Of a stretch of DNA of 64,000 nt, positions 27,631-35,704 are shown in pieces (within the stretch, counting starts at the first letter, position 1; every line of letters begins with the position of its first letter). Source of the stretch: an uncultured delta proteobacterium (GTDB taxonomy: Bacteria; Myxococcota_A; Polyangia; Polyangiales; Ga0077539); the NCBI GenBank assembly GCA_903845045.1, contig CAIMWA010000340.1:1880-65879 (forward strand). Direction: 5' to 3'. Position numbers and translations under genes: made by a program. The notes under the pieces are model-generated. The model searched no databases. It was not told where the DNA came from and saw only the letters and a program-made list of their open reading frames with translations.

Positions 27631-30036
27631 ATGGCACGACGCATCGCACCGCTGCTCACCGCCCTCGCGCTCGGCGCATGCTCGCCCTCCACGGTCCCCG
27701 TCGACGCCGCAACGGCCCTCGACGCGACGCCCGCGATGGATCAGACGCCGGCCCTCGACGCGCCCGACGCGACGTCTTCCGCTGACGTGCCCGCGGTGAT
27801 CGACGCCCCCTCGGTGGCCGATGGCGCCGACGCCGCCGCCGTCGATGTCCCCACCGACGCGCCGCCGCCGACGAACTGCGATCCCGCGGCGAGCACGGCG
27901 GACCTTCGCGCGGGCCTCGCGCGCATCGACGTTACCGGCGCGGCCCCTTCGTCGCTCACGACCTTCGCCGTGGGGGCGTTCCCGGTGCTGCTCGGCGCCG
28001 GACGCGCGCCGTATCTCGTCGCCTCGTGCGTGGGCGCGGGGCGCGTGGTTCTCGCGGGCCACGAGAGCTTCTTCGGCGGCACCGCCGATGACCGCCCGCG
28101 CCTCGTCGCGAACGCGATGCGCTGGCTCTCGCGCGGTCACTCCGTCGTCGTCGGCGTCGAGGGCTCGAACGCCGCGCTCGTCGCGAACCTCGGCGCGGCA
28201 GGCTTCACCACCCGCACCGCAACGGTGGCCGACCTCGCGTCGGTGCAGGTGTGGATCCCGTCGCTCTACACCGATCGTTCGACGTCGGATCTCGCGGCCA
28301 TCGCGGCTTTCCTGGCCCGCGGCGGGGCGGTGCTCGCGGGCGGCCAGGGTTGGTCCTGGGCGGGCTCGCACGGCGGCGTGTCGATGGAGCAGTACCCCGG
28401 CAACCGTTGGCTGATCCCCATGGGCGTCGCGGTGTCGAGCGAGACCGACGTGGCCTCGATGCTGACCCCGGCGACGCCCGCCCCGGTGGACCTCGACGCC
28501 GCGCGCACGGCCCTCGACCGCGTCGCCGACCACGTCGCGCACCGCGTGACGCTCTCCCTCGCGGACGTCGACATCGCCTCGAACGCCGTGCGCCGCGCGC
28601 TTCGTCTGCTCTCGGTGTCGTCGGACTACGTCGCCTACGCGCGCACCGTGCGTCCTTCGCTGCCCACGGTGATCCCGACGGCGGCGCACCCGGTGACGCC
28701 GGCCACGCAGCCCGTCGAGGCCCTCGCGCTCACCCTCGACGCGAAGCTCGCCCTCGAGCTGCCCGCCGCCGAGGTCACCGCGCACCCCGCGGCCGCGGAT
28801 TTTCCGGGGGCCCCGACGGCGGGCGCGATGACGACGACGGTGTCGCTGAGCGTCGATGGCACCTACGCAGGACGCGAGGCGCCATACATCTACGCCGCGC
28901 CGCGCGCTGCGGTGTGGCGCTCCCTCGGGGTGTACGCGGCGCCCGGCGCGCAGGTCACCGTCACCGTCTCGGACAACGCGACGCACGGCGGCGTCGACGT
29001 GCTCGTGGGTCAGCACACCGACACGCTGTGGTCCCTCGCGAGCTGGCCGCGGGTGCCGCAGATCACGCGCGCGTGGCCGGTGACCGCGACCACGACCACC
29101 GTCGCGAACGCCTTCGGCGGCCCCGTGTACGTGCGCGTCGCGGCGGGGTCGACGCTCGGGCCCATCGCCGTGACGGTGCGCGGCGCGCTGCCCATGCCGC
29201 TCTTCGTCGCGGGCACCACGACCCCGGCGCAGTGGCAGTCCATGCTCGCGACCACCGCGGCGCCGTGGGTGGAGCTCGCGTCGGCGAAGCTCGCCCTGCA
29301 CCTGCCCATCGCGACGGTGCGCGCGCTGAGCGACCCTACGGCGCTGCTCGCGTGGTGGGACTCGGTGCTCGACAGCCACGCCGACCTCGCGACGATCCCG
29401 CACGCGCGCGTTCGCGCCGAGCGCGCCGTCACCGACCGCGAGATCAGCGCGGGCTACATGCACTCGGGCTACCCGGTGATGGCGCACCTCGACTCCGCCG
29501 CGGGCTTCGTCGACCTCGCCGCCCTCGCGCGCAGCGGCGACTGGGGCCTCTTTCACGAGCTCGGGCACAACCACCAGTGGGCCGACTGGGTGCTGCCCGG
29601 CGCCACCGAGGCGAGCGTGAACCTCTACTCGGTGCACGCGATGCAGTACGTCGTGGGGCTCGCGCCGGTGTCCGGGCACCCGGCCATCACGCCCGCGATG
29701 CGCGACGCCACGATCCGCGCCTACGTCGCCGGCGGCCGCAATTTCGCGCGCGACTGGAACGTCTGGACCGCCCTCGAAACTTATCTCCAGCTCGAGGAGG
29801 GCTTCGGCTGGCCCCTCTTCACCACGCTCTTCGCGGAGTACCGCGCGCTGGCTGCGGCCGACCGCCCCGCCGACGATGCCGCGCGCGTCCAGCAGTGGAT
29901 CGTGCGCTCGTCGCAGGCCTCCGGGCGCAACCTCGGGGACTTCTATGCGATGTGGGGATTTCCCATGACCGACGCCACGCGCTCGGCCATCGCGTCGCTC
30001 CCGGCGTGGACCGCGAACCCCATGGCCCGGTATTGA
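27631..30036 (+). CDS. Lipoprotein with peptidase M60 (enhancin-like) zinc-metallopeptidase domain (TCAF-like architecture)
   Basis: Lipobox: LLTALALGAC. An acidic linker follows. N-terminal region: ...RVVLAGHESFFGG...GGAVLAGGQGWSW. C-terminal motifs: GYMHSGYPVMAH and the zincin motif FHELGHNHQW, then GATEASVNLYS. Confidence 0.85.
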   Translation: MARRIAPLLTALALGACSPSTVPVDAATALDATPAMDQTPALDAPDATSSADVPAVIDAPSVADGADAAAVDVPTDAPPPTNCDPAASTADLRAGLARIDVTGAAPSSLTTFAVGAFPVLLGAGRAPYLVASCVGAGRVVLAGHESFFGGTADDRPRLVANAMRWLSRGHSVVVGVEGSNAALVANLGAAGFTTRTATVADLASVQVWIPSLYTDRSTSDLAAIAAFLARGGAVLAGGQGWSWAGSHGGVSMEQYPGNRWLIPMGVAVSSETDVASMLTPATPAPVDLDAARTALDRVADHVAHRVTLSLADVDIASNAVRRALRLLSVSSDYVAYARTVRPSLPTVIPTAAHPVTPATQPVEALALTLDAKLALELPAAEVTAHPAAADFPGAPTAGAMTTTVSLSVDGTYAGREAPYIYAAPRAAVWRSLGVYAAPGAQVTVTVSDNATHGGVDVLVGQHTDTLWSLASWPRVPQITRAWPVTATTTTVANAFGGPVYVRVAAGSTLGPIAVTVRGALPMPLFVAGTTTPAQWQSMLATTAAPWVELASAKLALHLPIATVRALSDPTALLAWWDSVLDSHADLATIPHARVRAERAVTDREISAGYMHSGYPVMAHLDSAAGFVDLAALARSGDWGLFHELGHNHQWADWVLPGATEASVNLYSVHAMQYVVGLAPVSGHPAITPAMRDATIRAYVAGGRNFARDWNVWTALETYLQLEEGFGWPLFTTLFAEYRALAAADRPADDAARVQQWIVRSSQASGRNLGDFYAMWGFPMTDATRSAIASLPAWTANPMARY

Positions 30037-30066
30037 CCGGCGTGCTTCGACGCCGATGCCGCGGCG

Positions 30067-30095
30067 TTGACACCCTAGTGCCCCGGTGATGGGAT
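30067..30095 (+). promoter_or_regulatory. Candidate promoter: TTGACA-N17-TGGGAT
   Basis: TTGACA at 30067-30072 and TGGGAT at 30090-30095. The -10 overlaps the ATG at 30094, so the ATG at 30109 would be the usable start, giving a very short leader. Confidence 0.25.
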
Positions 30096-30567
30096 GACCG
30101 TCGCTCCCATGGGCCCAACGAAATCGGGCGCACCGCCATCCGAAGCCCCGGCGTTGGCGCTCGCGTTCGCCGCCGGGCTGCTGACCGTCGCCCTCGGCAC
30201 CCTCGTGGTGACCCGCGCGCGCCCGTCTGCGCCGCCGCCGCAGCGTCCTCCCGCAGCGTACGTCGTCGTGCCCGCGCCGGAACCCCCGCCGGCCCCCGCC
30301 CCGGCCGTCGAAGCACCGCCCGCACCCGCGGAGGCGCCCACGGCGGAGCCCCCGCCCGCGGAGCCTCCGACCGCGACAGCGCGGGTCGTCGAAGCACCGC
30401 CGGCGCCGGAGCCACGCGCTCCCCGGCCGCCGCGGGCCGTCGAAGCCCCGGCGTCGCGGGCACGCCCAGCTCCCCGCGGGCCGCACCCGCTCCCCGCGGG
30501 ACGTCCGCTGCGACCGACCCCGCGAACGACGTCGCGGCCGTCCCCCGCGCCCATCGAATTGGAGTAG
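30094..30567 (+). CDS. Small membrane-anchored Pro/Ala-rich protein (resembles the TM plus tail of kinase 12445-13818)
   Basis: TM helix: LALAFAAGLLTVALGTLVV. Three [AV]VEAP[PA] repeats follow, ending ...PAPIELE*. GGAG lies 12 nt before the next ATG. The low-complexity P/A content keeps confidence moderate. The start may be the ATG at 30109. Confidence 0.5.
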   Translation: MTVAPMGPTKSGAPPSEAPALALAFAAGLLTVALGTLVVTRARPSAPPPQRPPAAYVVVPAPEPPPAPAPAVEAPPAPAEAPTAEPPPAEPPTATARVVEAPPAPEPRAPRPPRAVEAPASRARPAPRGPHPLPAGRPLRPTPRTTSRPSPAPIELE

Positions 30568-30576
30568 CAGGCACCG

Positions 30577-31638
30577 ATGCGCGCGCGCCTCGCCCCATGG
30601 ATCCTCGCTGTGACCCTCGGCTCGCCGTGGAGCGTGCTCGCGCAGACCGCGCCCACGGCGCTCGCCCCCGCGGCGGCGACGCGGCGTCGCGAGCTCCTCG
30701 AGACCGCGGCGAGGCTACGCGCGCAGGGCGATCACGCGCACGCCCTCGAGAGCGCGACGGCGGCCGGCGAGCTCGCCATGACGCCGTCGGTGCGCATGTT
30801 CATCGCCGACGAGCACCTCGCCCTCGGCCACGACGCCGACGCCTGGACGCACGCCCGCGCCTGCGTCGACGAGGCGACGGCGGCGACGGAGCTCAACAAC
30901 CGCGAGCGCATCCTCGGCGCCTGCAACGAAGCCGTCGCGGCCTCCGAGGCGCGCATCGCGCGGGTCGTGGTCCGCGCCCCGGCCAACGCCCCGCCGGACA
31001 CCGTGGTGCACCTCGGCGCCTGGTCTTCGCCGCTGTCGGCGCTCCACGGCGACGTCGCGTTCGCGCCGGGCCGCGCCGTCGCGAGCGTCACCGTCGCGGG
31101 CTTCGCGCCGTGGCAGCGAGAGCTCGACCTGCGCGCCGGCCAGCGCACCGTCGTCGACGTCGTGCTCGCTCCCGCATCGTCCGCCGCGACCACGGCTCCC
31201 GCACCGATCGCGACGGTGACGACCGCGCCGTCGGCGGCCGCTGCGGAGCCACCGCGCGCCGTTCGCTCGCCGGCCGTCCCCGCGCCCGATGCCCCCGTCG
31301 CACCGCGCGGTGCCATGGCCCCGTGGATCCTCGGCGGCGTCGGCGTCGCGGCGACGGTGGCCGGCGGCGTGCTGCTCGGCGTGAGCCTCGACCTCACGTC
31401 GGGCCTGCACTGCTCGTCCGGGGTGTGCGATCGCTACATGGCGACGGGCGACTACACGACGGCGGCGGCGACGGCGAGCGCGTCGTACGTGACGCTCGGC
31501 GCGGGCGTCGCGATGATCGGCTCCGCGGCGCTCTGGCTGCTGCTCGGACGCCCGGCAGCGACGTCGCCTCGCGCGGTGGCGGCGTGGGCGCAGCCGGCGC
31601 ACGGCGGCCTCGTGCTGGGGGTCGGAGGCGCGCTGTGA
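30577..31638 (+). CDS. Paralog of 13825-14862 (helical N-domain, PEGA-like domain, linker, two TM helices flanking a Cys pair)
   Basis: Signal peptide: ILAVTLGSPWSVLAQ. Shared block: TRRRELLETAARLRAQGDHAHALESATAAGELAMTPSVRMFIADE. PEGA-like segment: VVVRAPANAPPD...FAPGRAVASVTVAGFAPWQRELDLRAG. C-terminal TM-CSSGVC-TM arrangement. Confidence 0.75.
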   Translation: MRARLAPWILAVTLGSPWSVLAQTAPTALAPAAATRRRELLETAARLRAQGDHAHALESATAAGELAMTPSVRMFIADEHLALGHDADAWTHARACVDEATAATELNNRERILGACNEAVAASEARIARVVVRAPANAPPDTVVHLGAWSSPLSALHGDVAFAPGRAVASVTVAGFAPWQRELDLRAGQRTVVDVVLAPASSAATTAPAPIATVTTAPSAAAAEPPRAVRSPAVPAPDAPVAPRGAMAPWILGGVGVAATVAGGVLLGVSLDLTSGLHCSSGVCDRYMATGDYTTAAATASASYVTLGAGVAMIGSAALWLLLGRPAATSPRAVAAWAQPAHGGLVLGVGGAL

Positions 31639-32891
31639 CACCGCCGCGTTCCGTGGTCGCTGCGGCGTGCGCGGCGTCCATGGCGGCAGGCTGCCTGGGC
31701 GAGCTCTTCGTCGCGTTTCCACACGGCGACGCGGGCGCCCCGAGCGACGTCGGCGTCGCTGCGCTCGATCGGGGCAACGCCGTCGACGCGCCGTGCACCT
31801 CGGGATCCTGCGCCGACGCGGGGCGCGATGCTTCGACGCCGAACGACCTCGTCCGCCCCGTCGACGCAGGCACCGATGCGACGGTGTTCGAGGCCGGCGC
31901 CGACGTTCCCGCCGACGTCCCGCGCGACACCCCGGACGTCTTCGTGCAGCGCCCCGGCAACGACGAGTGGACCGCCGCGGAGCTCATCCCGCTGTCCAAC
32001 CCGCAGGAGCTCAGCCTGCACCGCGACGTGTCCGGCGCGTCCCTCGACCCGACGCACGCGCTGCCCGCCGCGTGCGCGTGCCCCGACGGAAGCACCCCCG
32101 GCGACGTGTGGTTCCGCGTCACCTTCACCGAGCCCACGGTGCTCTACGTCGACACCTTCGGATCGACGGTCCCGGCGGTCGTCGGCCTCGCCGAGGACGA
32201 CGGCACCTGGCTCGCCCCGGACGCCGCGCTCCCGCAGGCGGGGCGCTGCGACACCGCGCACTGCGACCCCGACATCGCCGGGGTGTCGTGGTCCCGCGCC
32301 TACGCCCTCGTCGACGCGCGCTCGTACCGCATCGCGGTGACGATGTGCTCCGCGGGGCGCCTCCGGCTCAACGTGCAGCGCGTCGGCCTCCTCGTCACCG
32401 GCGAGCTCGGCGGCGCGCCCCTGGTGGGCACCTCGACGCGCCCCACCTTCGTCGGCGCAAGCTCCGGCTGGGACGCGTCGGGCCTCGACGTCGGCGACTG
32501 CGGGCGCTTCGGCACCTGCGGCTCCGGCGCGGTCTGCGACGCCGGCGCGACGTCGGCGTGGTCGGGACGCACCGCGCAGTGGTTCGTGACCTGCGGCGGC
32601 CCGGGCACCTTCAGCACCTGCGTCACCGACGGCGGGCGCATCACGAGCTGCGACCTCGACCCGGTGCTCGCGGTCTACGACGCCGGCCAGGGCGCCGTGC
32701 GCGCCGGCGGGTGCAACGACGACGCCGTGGGCGGCTGCACCAACCCCGCGATGTCGACGTGTGCGGGCCACGCCGCGCGCCTCGCCGACGTGCCCCTGTC
32801 CCGCGGCCTCGGGGCGGTGCTCGCGTACAACTATCAAGCGTCCGCGGGACCGCAGACCTTCACCCTCGCGCACCGCCTTCCGACGCCCTGA
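31635..32891 (+). CDS. Lipoprotein with acidic linker and Cys-rich C-terminal domain of unknown function (PPC-like segment)
   Basis: GTGA overlap with the upstream stop. Lipobox: ASMAAGC. D/A/P/V linker. Also GNDEWTAAELIPL...GDVWFRVTFTEPTVLYVDTFGS. Many Cys residues are present. Confidence 0.65.
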   Translation: MTPPRSVVAAACAASMAAGCLGELFVAFPHGDAGAPSDVGVAALDRGNAVDAPCTSGSCADAGRDASTPNDLVRPVDAGTDATVFEAGADVPADVPRDTPDVFVQRPGNDEWTAAELIPLSNPQELSLHRDVSGASLDPTHALPAACACPDGSTPGDVWFRVTFTEPTVLYVDTFGSTVPAVVGLAEDDGTWLAPDAALPQAGRCDTAHCDPDIAGVSWSRAYALVDARSYRIAVTMCSAGRLRLNVQRVGLLVTGELGGAPLVGTSTRPTFVGASSGWDASGLDVGDCGRFGTCGSGAVCDAGATSAWSGRTAQWFVTCGGPGTFSTCVTDGGRITSCDLDPVLAVYDAGQGAVRAGGCNDDAVGGCTNPAMSTCAGHAARLADVPLSRGLGAVLAYNYQASAGPQTFTLAHRLPTP

Positions 32892-32897
32892 CGGGGC

Positions 32898-33794
32898 CTA
32901 CGCCAGCGGCGCTCGGAGCAGCTGCACGGCGATGCGCTCGAAGAGCCCGCGGCGGGCATCGCCGGCGCGAAAGACGAGGCGGAACACGTCGTCGGCGGGA
33001 CGCACCTTCGGAAACAGCTCGACGAGCGTGCCGCGCCCCAGATCGCCGTCGACGACGTACCGCGGAAGGACCGCGACGCCGCGCCCCGCGCGCACCATCG
33101 CCACGATGGCGTCGAGGGTCCCGAGGATCCAGACGCGCGCGAAGGAGAGACCCCCGTCGGCGCCGGCGGCGTCACGCCAGTAGCGGTAGAGCGGCAGGTC
33201 CGGAGCCGCGTCGAGGAGCGTGTGCTGCGCGGCCTGCGCGCGGCGTCGCAGCGGCGTGCCCGCGACGAGCCTCCGCGCCGCGACGAAGACGTACGCCTCC
33301 GGGTGCAGCGGGATCGCGTCGAGCTTGGGGTCGACGGTGCGCGAAGACGTCACCGCGGCGTCGACCTCGTGCGTCCGAACGCGCAGCAGGAGGTCCTCGC
33401 CGGAGCCGAAATACAAATGGATCCACACGTGCGGGAGCGCCTTGCGCAGCGCCCCGAGCTGCGGGAGCAGCCACGACATGCCGAGCTCGTGGCGCGTTCC
33501 CAGCGTGAGCTCCACCGGCGCCGCGGCGAGCTCGCCCCGCACTGCGCGCGAGGTCTCCGCCGCGAGCGCCACCACCTGCGCGGCGTGCGCGACGAGGGCG
33601 TGGCCGGCCTCGGTGAGCGCGACGTGCCGTGTCGTCCGCGCGAACAGGCGCACGCCGAGCTGCTCCTCGAGCTGCTGGATGCGCGCCCCGTACGCCGCGG
33701 GCGTCAGGTGCACGGCCTTCGCGGCCGCACGGAAGTTCAGGGCCTGGGCCCCCGCGAGAAAGCACCGGAGGTTCTCCAGCGACGGAAGCGTCAC
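32898..33794 (-). CDS. LysR-family transcriptional regulator
   Basis: GTG start at 33794, with a GTGA overlap onto the upstream stop. HTH: LENLRCFLAGAQALNFRAAAKAVHLTPAAYGARIQQLEEQLGVRLFARTTRHVALTEAG, followed by a LysR substrate-binding domain. Confidence 0.9.
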   Translation of the reverse strand: MTLPSLENLRCFLAGAQALNFRAAAKAVHLTPAAYGARIQQLEEQLGVRLFARTTRHVALTEAGHALVAHAAQVVALAAETSRAVRGELAAAPVELTLGTRHELGMSWLLPQLGALRKALPHVWIHLYFGSGEDLLLRVRTHEVDAAVTSSRTVDPKLDAIPLHPEAYVFVAARRLVAGTPLRRRAQAAQHTLLDAAPDLPLYRYWRDAAGADGGLSFARVWILGTLDAIVAMVRAGRGVAVLPRYVVDGDLGRGTLVELFPKVRPADDVFRLVFRAGDARRGLFERIAVQLLRAPLA

Positions 33795-34651
33795 GCCGCC
33801 ATGCGCCGCCGCCCGCTCCACGCGCTCGCAGCGTCGAGGCCCAGCTCGCCGAGCTGCGGAACGATCACCGTCCGTACCGTGTCGGCGAAGAGGTCCCGGG
33901 CGTCCTGGCCGCGGCAGAGCCCGAGGGCCTCGCGCTGCGCCGCGAGCTCCGCCGACGGATCGTCCGCGACCGGAAGGAACGTGTGCTCCGCGGCCTCGAG
34001 GTACCCGAACGCGACGCGGAGATACGCGTTTGTGCGGACCACCGCCTCGACCCCGAGCCCGGGCAGCGCGTCGCGCACGAAGGTCCACCCGAAGCGGGCG
34101 TGCGACACCTCGTCGCCGAGGATCTGGTCGAGGGTCCACCGCACCAGCGGCTCCGTCGCGAGGGAGCGCTCGTGGGAGACCAGCGCCACCGCGACGGTCT
34201 CCGCGAGGCAGCCCACGAAGAGCGCGTTGCGCATCGCCGACTCGAGCGGCGACACCCCCGTGTGCCGTGGCACCGACGCCGGCACCGCCTCGGCCTCGGC
34301 CCTCGGAGCCCCGCCGAACGCGGCCACGACGCGCCCGCACAGCTCCGCGTGGTGCACCTCGTCGAGGGCCATGCGCAGCACCGTCGTCTGCACCGCGAAG
34401 GCGCTCCCGCACTCCATCATCGCGCCGTGCAGGCCCGCGAAGACGCCCGACGACCGGTGCTCGTTCACCATCCGCAGGCGCCAGGTGCCGACCGCCGTCG
34501 CGCGCACGTCGTCGGTGTAGCGCTCCCGCAGCGCCGACGTCTCCGGCGCCGGTCCGTCGCCGCGCGCGCGCTGCAGGTACCCGAGAAGGCGGCGATGCTC
34601 GGCGCCGAAGACGCCCGCCGCGCCCAGCTCGGCGTCGACGGTGCGCGTCAC
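33791..34651 (-). CDS. Ferritin-like (di-iron carboxylate type) protein
   Basis: GTG start at 34651, with a GTGA overlap onto the upstream stop. Two E-x-x-H motifs: LDEVHHAELCG and GDEVSHARFGW. All-helical composition. The upstream 100 codons of the track ORF are Arg-rich noise. Confidence 0.65.
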   Translation of the reverse strand: MTRTVDAELGAAGVFGAEHRRLLGYLQRARGDGPAPETSALRERYTDDVRATAVGTWRLRMVNEHRSSGVFAGLHGAMMECGSAFAVQTTVLRMALDEVHHAELCGRVVAAFGGAPRAEAEAVPASVPRHTGVSPLESAMRNALFVGCLAETVAVALVSHERSLATEPLVRWTLDQILGDEVSHARFGWTFVRDALPGLGVEAVVRTNAYLRVAFGYLEAAEHTFLPVADDPSAELAAQREALGLCRGQDARDLFADTVRTVIVPQLGELGLDAASAWSGRRRMAA

Positions 34652-35058
34652 GCCTCGGCTCCGTCCATGGCCGGGGGTGCGAACGGTCCCCAGGCCGCGC
34701 ACGCGAGCGTGCAGCCCTGGCCGGTCCGCGTCATCACGTCGCGCAGGCACGCGAGGTACGCCGGCGTGCACGCCGGGAGCGTCCCGTTCGGGAGAAGCAG
34801 CGCGCAGTCGTCGCACGAGGCCGCGGCATCGGCCACGACGTCGGCGCCCGCGTCCGCTGCGGCGTCCCGCGACGAAGCATCGACGGCCGCCTGCACCGGC
34901 GCGCCATCGGCGGCGGACGCGGCGTCGCCCGGCGAGAGCGACACCGCCGCGCCGCATCCCGCGGCTCCAGCGGCGAAGGACGCGACGGCGGCGGCGGCGA
35001 GCAGCGCCCGGCGACGAGCTTCGGCATGACGGGGGTTCACGGCATCGGGATGGACCAT
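34648..35058 (-). CDS. Small lipoprotein with C-terminal 6-Cys region
   Basis: ATG at 35058. MVHPDAVNPRHAEARRRALLAAAAVASFAAGAAGC contains an RRR n-region and a lipobox. An acidic D/A linker follows. C terminus: SCDDCALLLPNGTLPACTPAYLACLRDVMTRTGQGCTLAC. Confidence 0.6.
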   Translation of the reverse strand: MVHPDAVNPRHAEARRRALLAAAAVASFAAGAAGCGAAVSLSPGDAASAADGAPVQAAVDASSRDAAADAGADVVADAAASCDDCALLLPNGTLPACTPAYLACLRDVMTRTGQGCTLACAAWGPFAPPAMDGAEA

Positions 35059-35186
35059 GGCGATCGCTCCTTGGGTGAGGGTTCGACCCGCATCGTGCGA
35101 TGGACTCATTGCATGGGGAATCAGGATGTTTCGCACGTCACCGTATGTCTCGTCCTTACAATTTCCCCGGGGCGTGGCCGACGCCG

Positions 35187-35612
35187 TCAGCCTCGGCGCT
35201 GCGCACCGCACTGTCCGCACGCGGGCTCGACGTCGGGCCGGCGCGCGCCGCAGAAGTCACAGACGACCTCGCTCGGTCGCAGCGAGGCCGCAGCGTCGGC
35301 GCGGACCCGACACTGCGCGACGGTGGTCCACTCGCGGGCGCCGTCGTCGAAGTGGACGAAGAGCGCGGCGCCCACGCGCTGGGCGATGACGCCGGCATAG
35401 TAGGTGCGCCGGCCCTTCCAGTTGACGCTGACCGTGACCCCGGGACCGAACACCCCCGGGAGCACCGCCCCCGACGGCACGTCGGCCTCGTCGCCGTCGA
35501 GGTAGGCGACGTGCAGCCCCGCGGGCTTCAGCTCGACGACCACCGCCGGGTACACGAAGCCGTCGTCGAGCCACGGTGCGAGCACCTCGTCGCCGATGCG
35601 AAATGCAGTCAT
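35187..35612 (-). CDS. Tandem Tudor/Agenet-like domain protein with C-terminal zinc ribbon
   Basis: The ATG at 35612 is preceded by GGAGGA 5 nt upstream. Motifs: FRIGDEVLAPWLDDGFVYPAVVVEL and VSVNWKGRRTYYAGVIAQRVGAALFVHFDDGAREW. C terminus: CDFCG-x10-CGQCG. Confidence 0.8.
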   Translation of the reverse strand: MTAFRIGDEVLAPWLDDGFVYPAVVVELKPAGLHVAYLDGDEADVPSGAVLPGVFGPGVTVSVNWKGRRTYYAGVIAQRVGAALFVHFDDGAREWTTVAQCRVRADAAASLRPSEVVCDFCGARRPDVEPACGQCGAQRRG

Positions 35613-35704
35613 GGTTCCTCCGGGCGCGAGCGTCGCAAGGACCCGCGAAGGGCGCAACGAGCGAAGCGACACGGTGTAGGCTCGTTGCCCCCGCAGACGA
35701 CGCC

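Noticed and set aside
30094-30567. Dismissing the Pro/Ala-rich 157-aa ORF as noise
   Set aside because: I did not reject it fully. A clear TM helix, three [AV]VEAP repeats, a tail resembling the kinase 12445-13818 C terminus, and a GGAG placed for the next gene argue that it is real. I keep it at moderate confidence.
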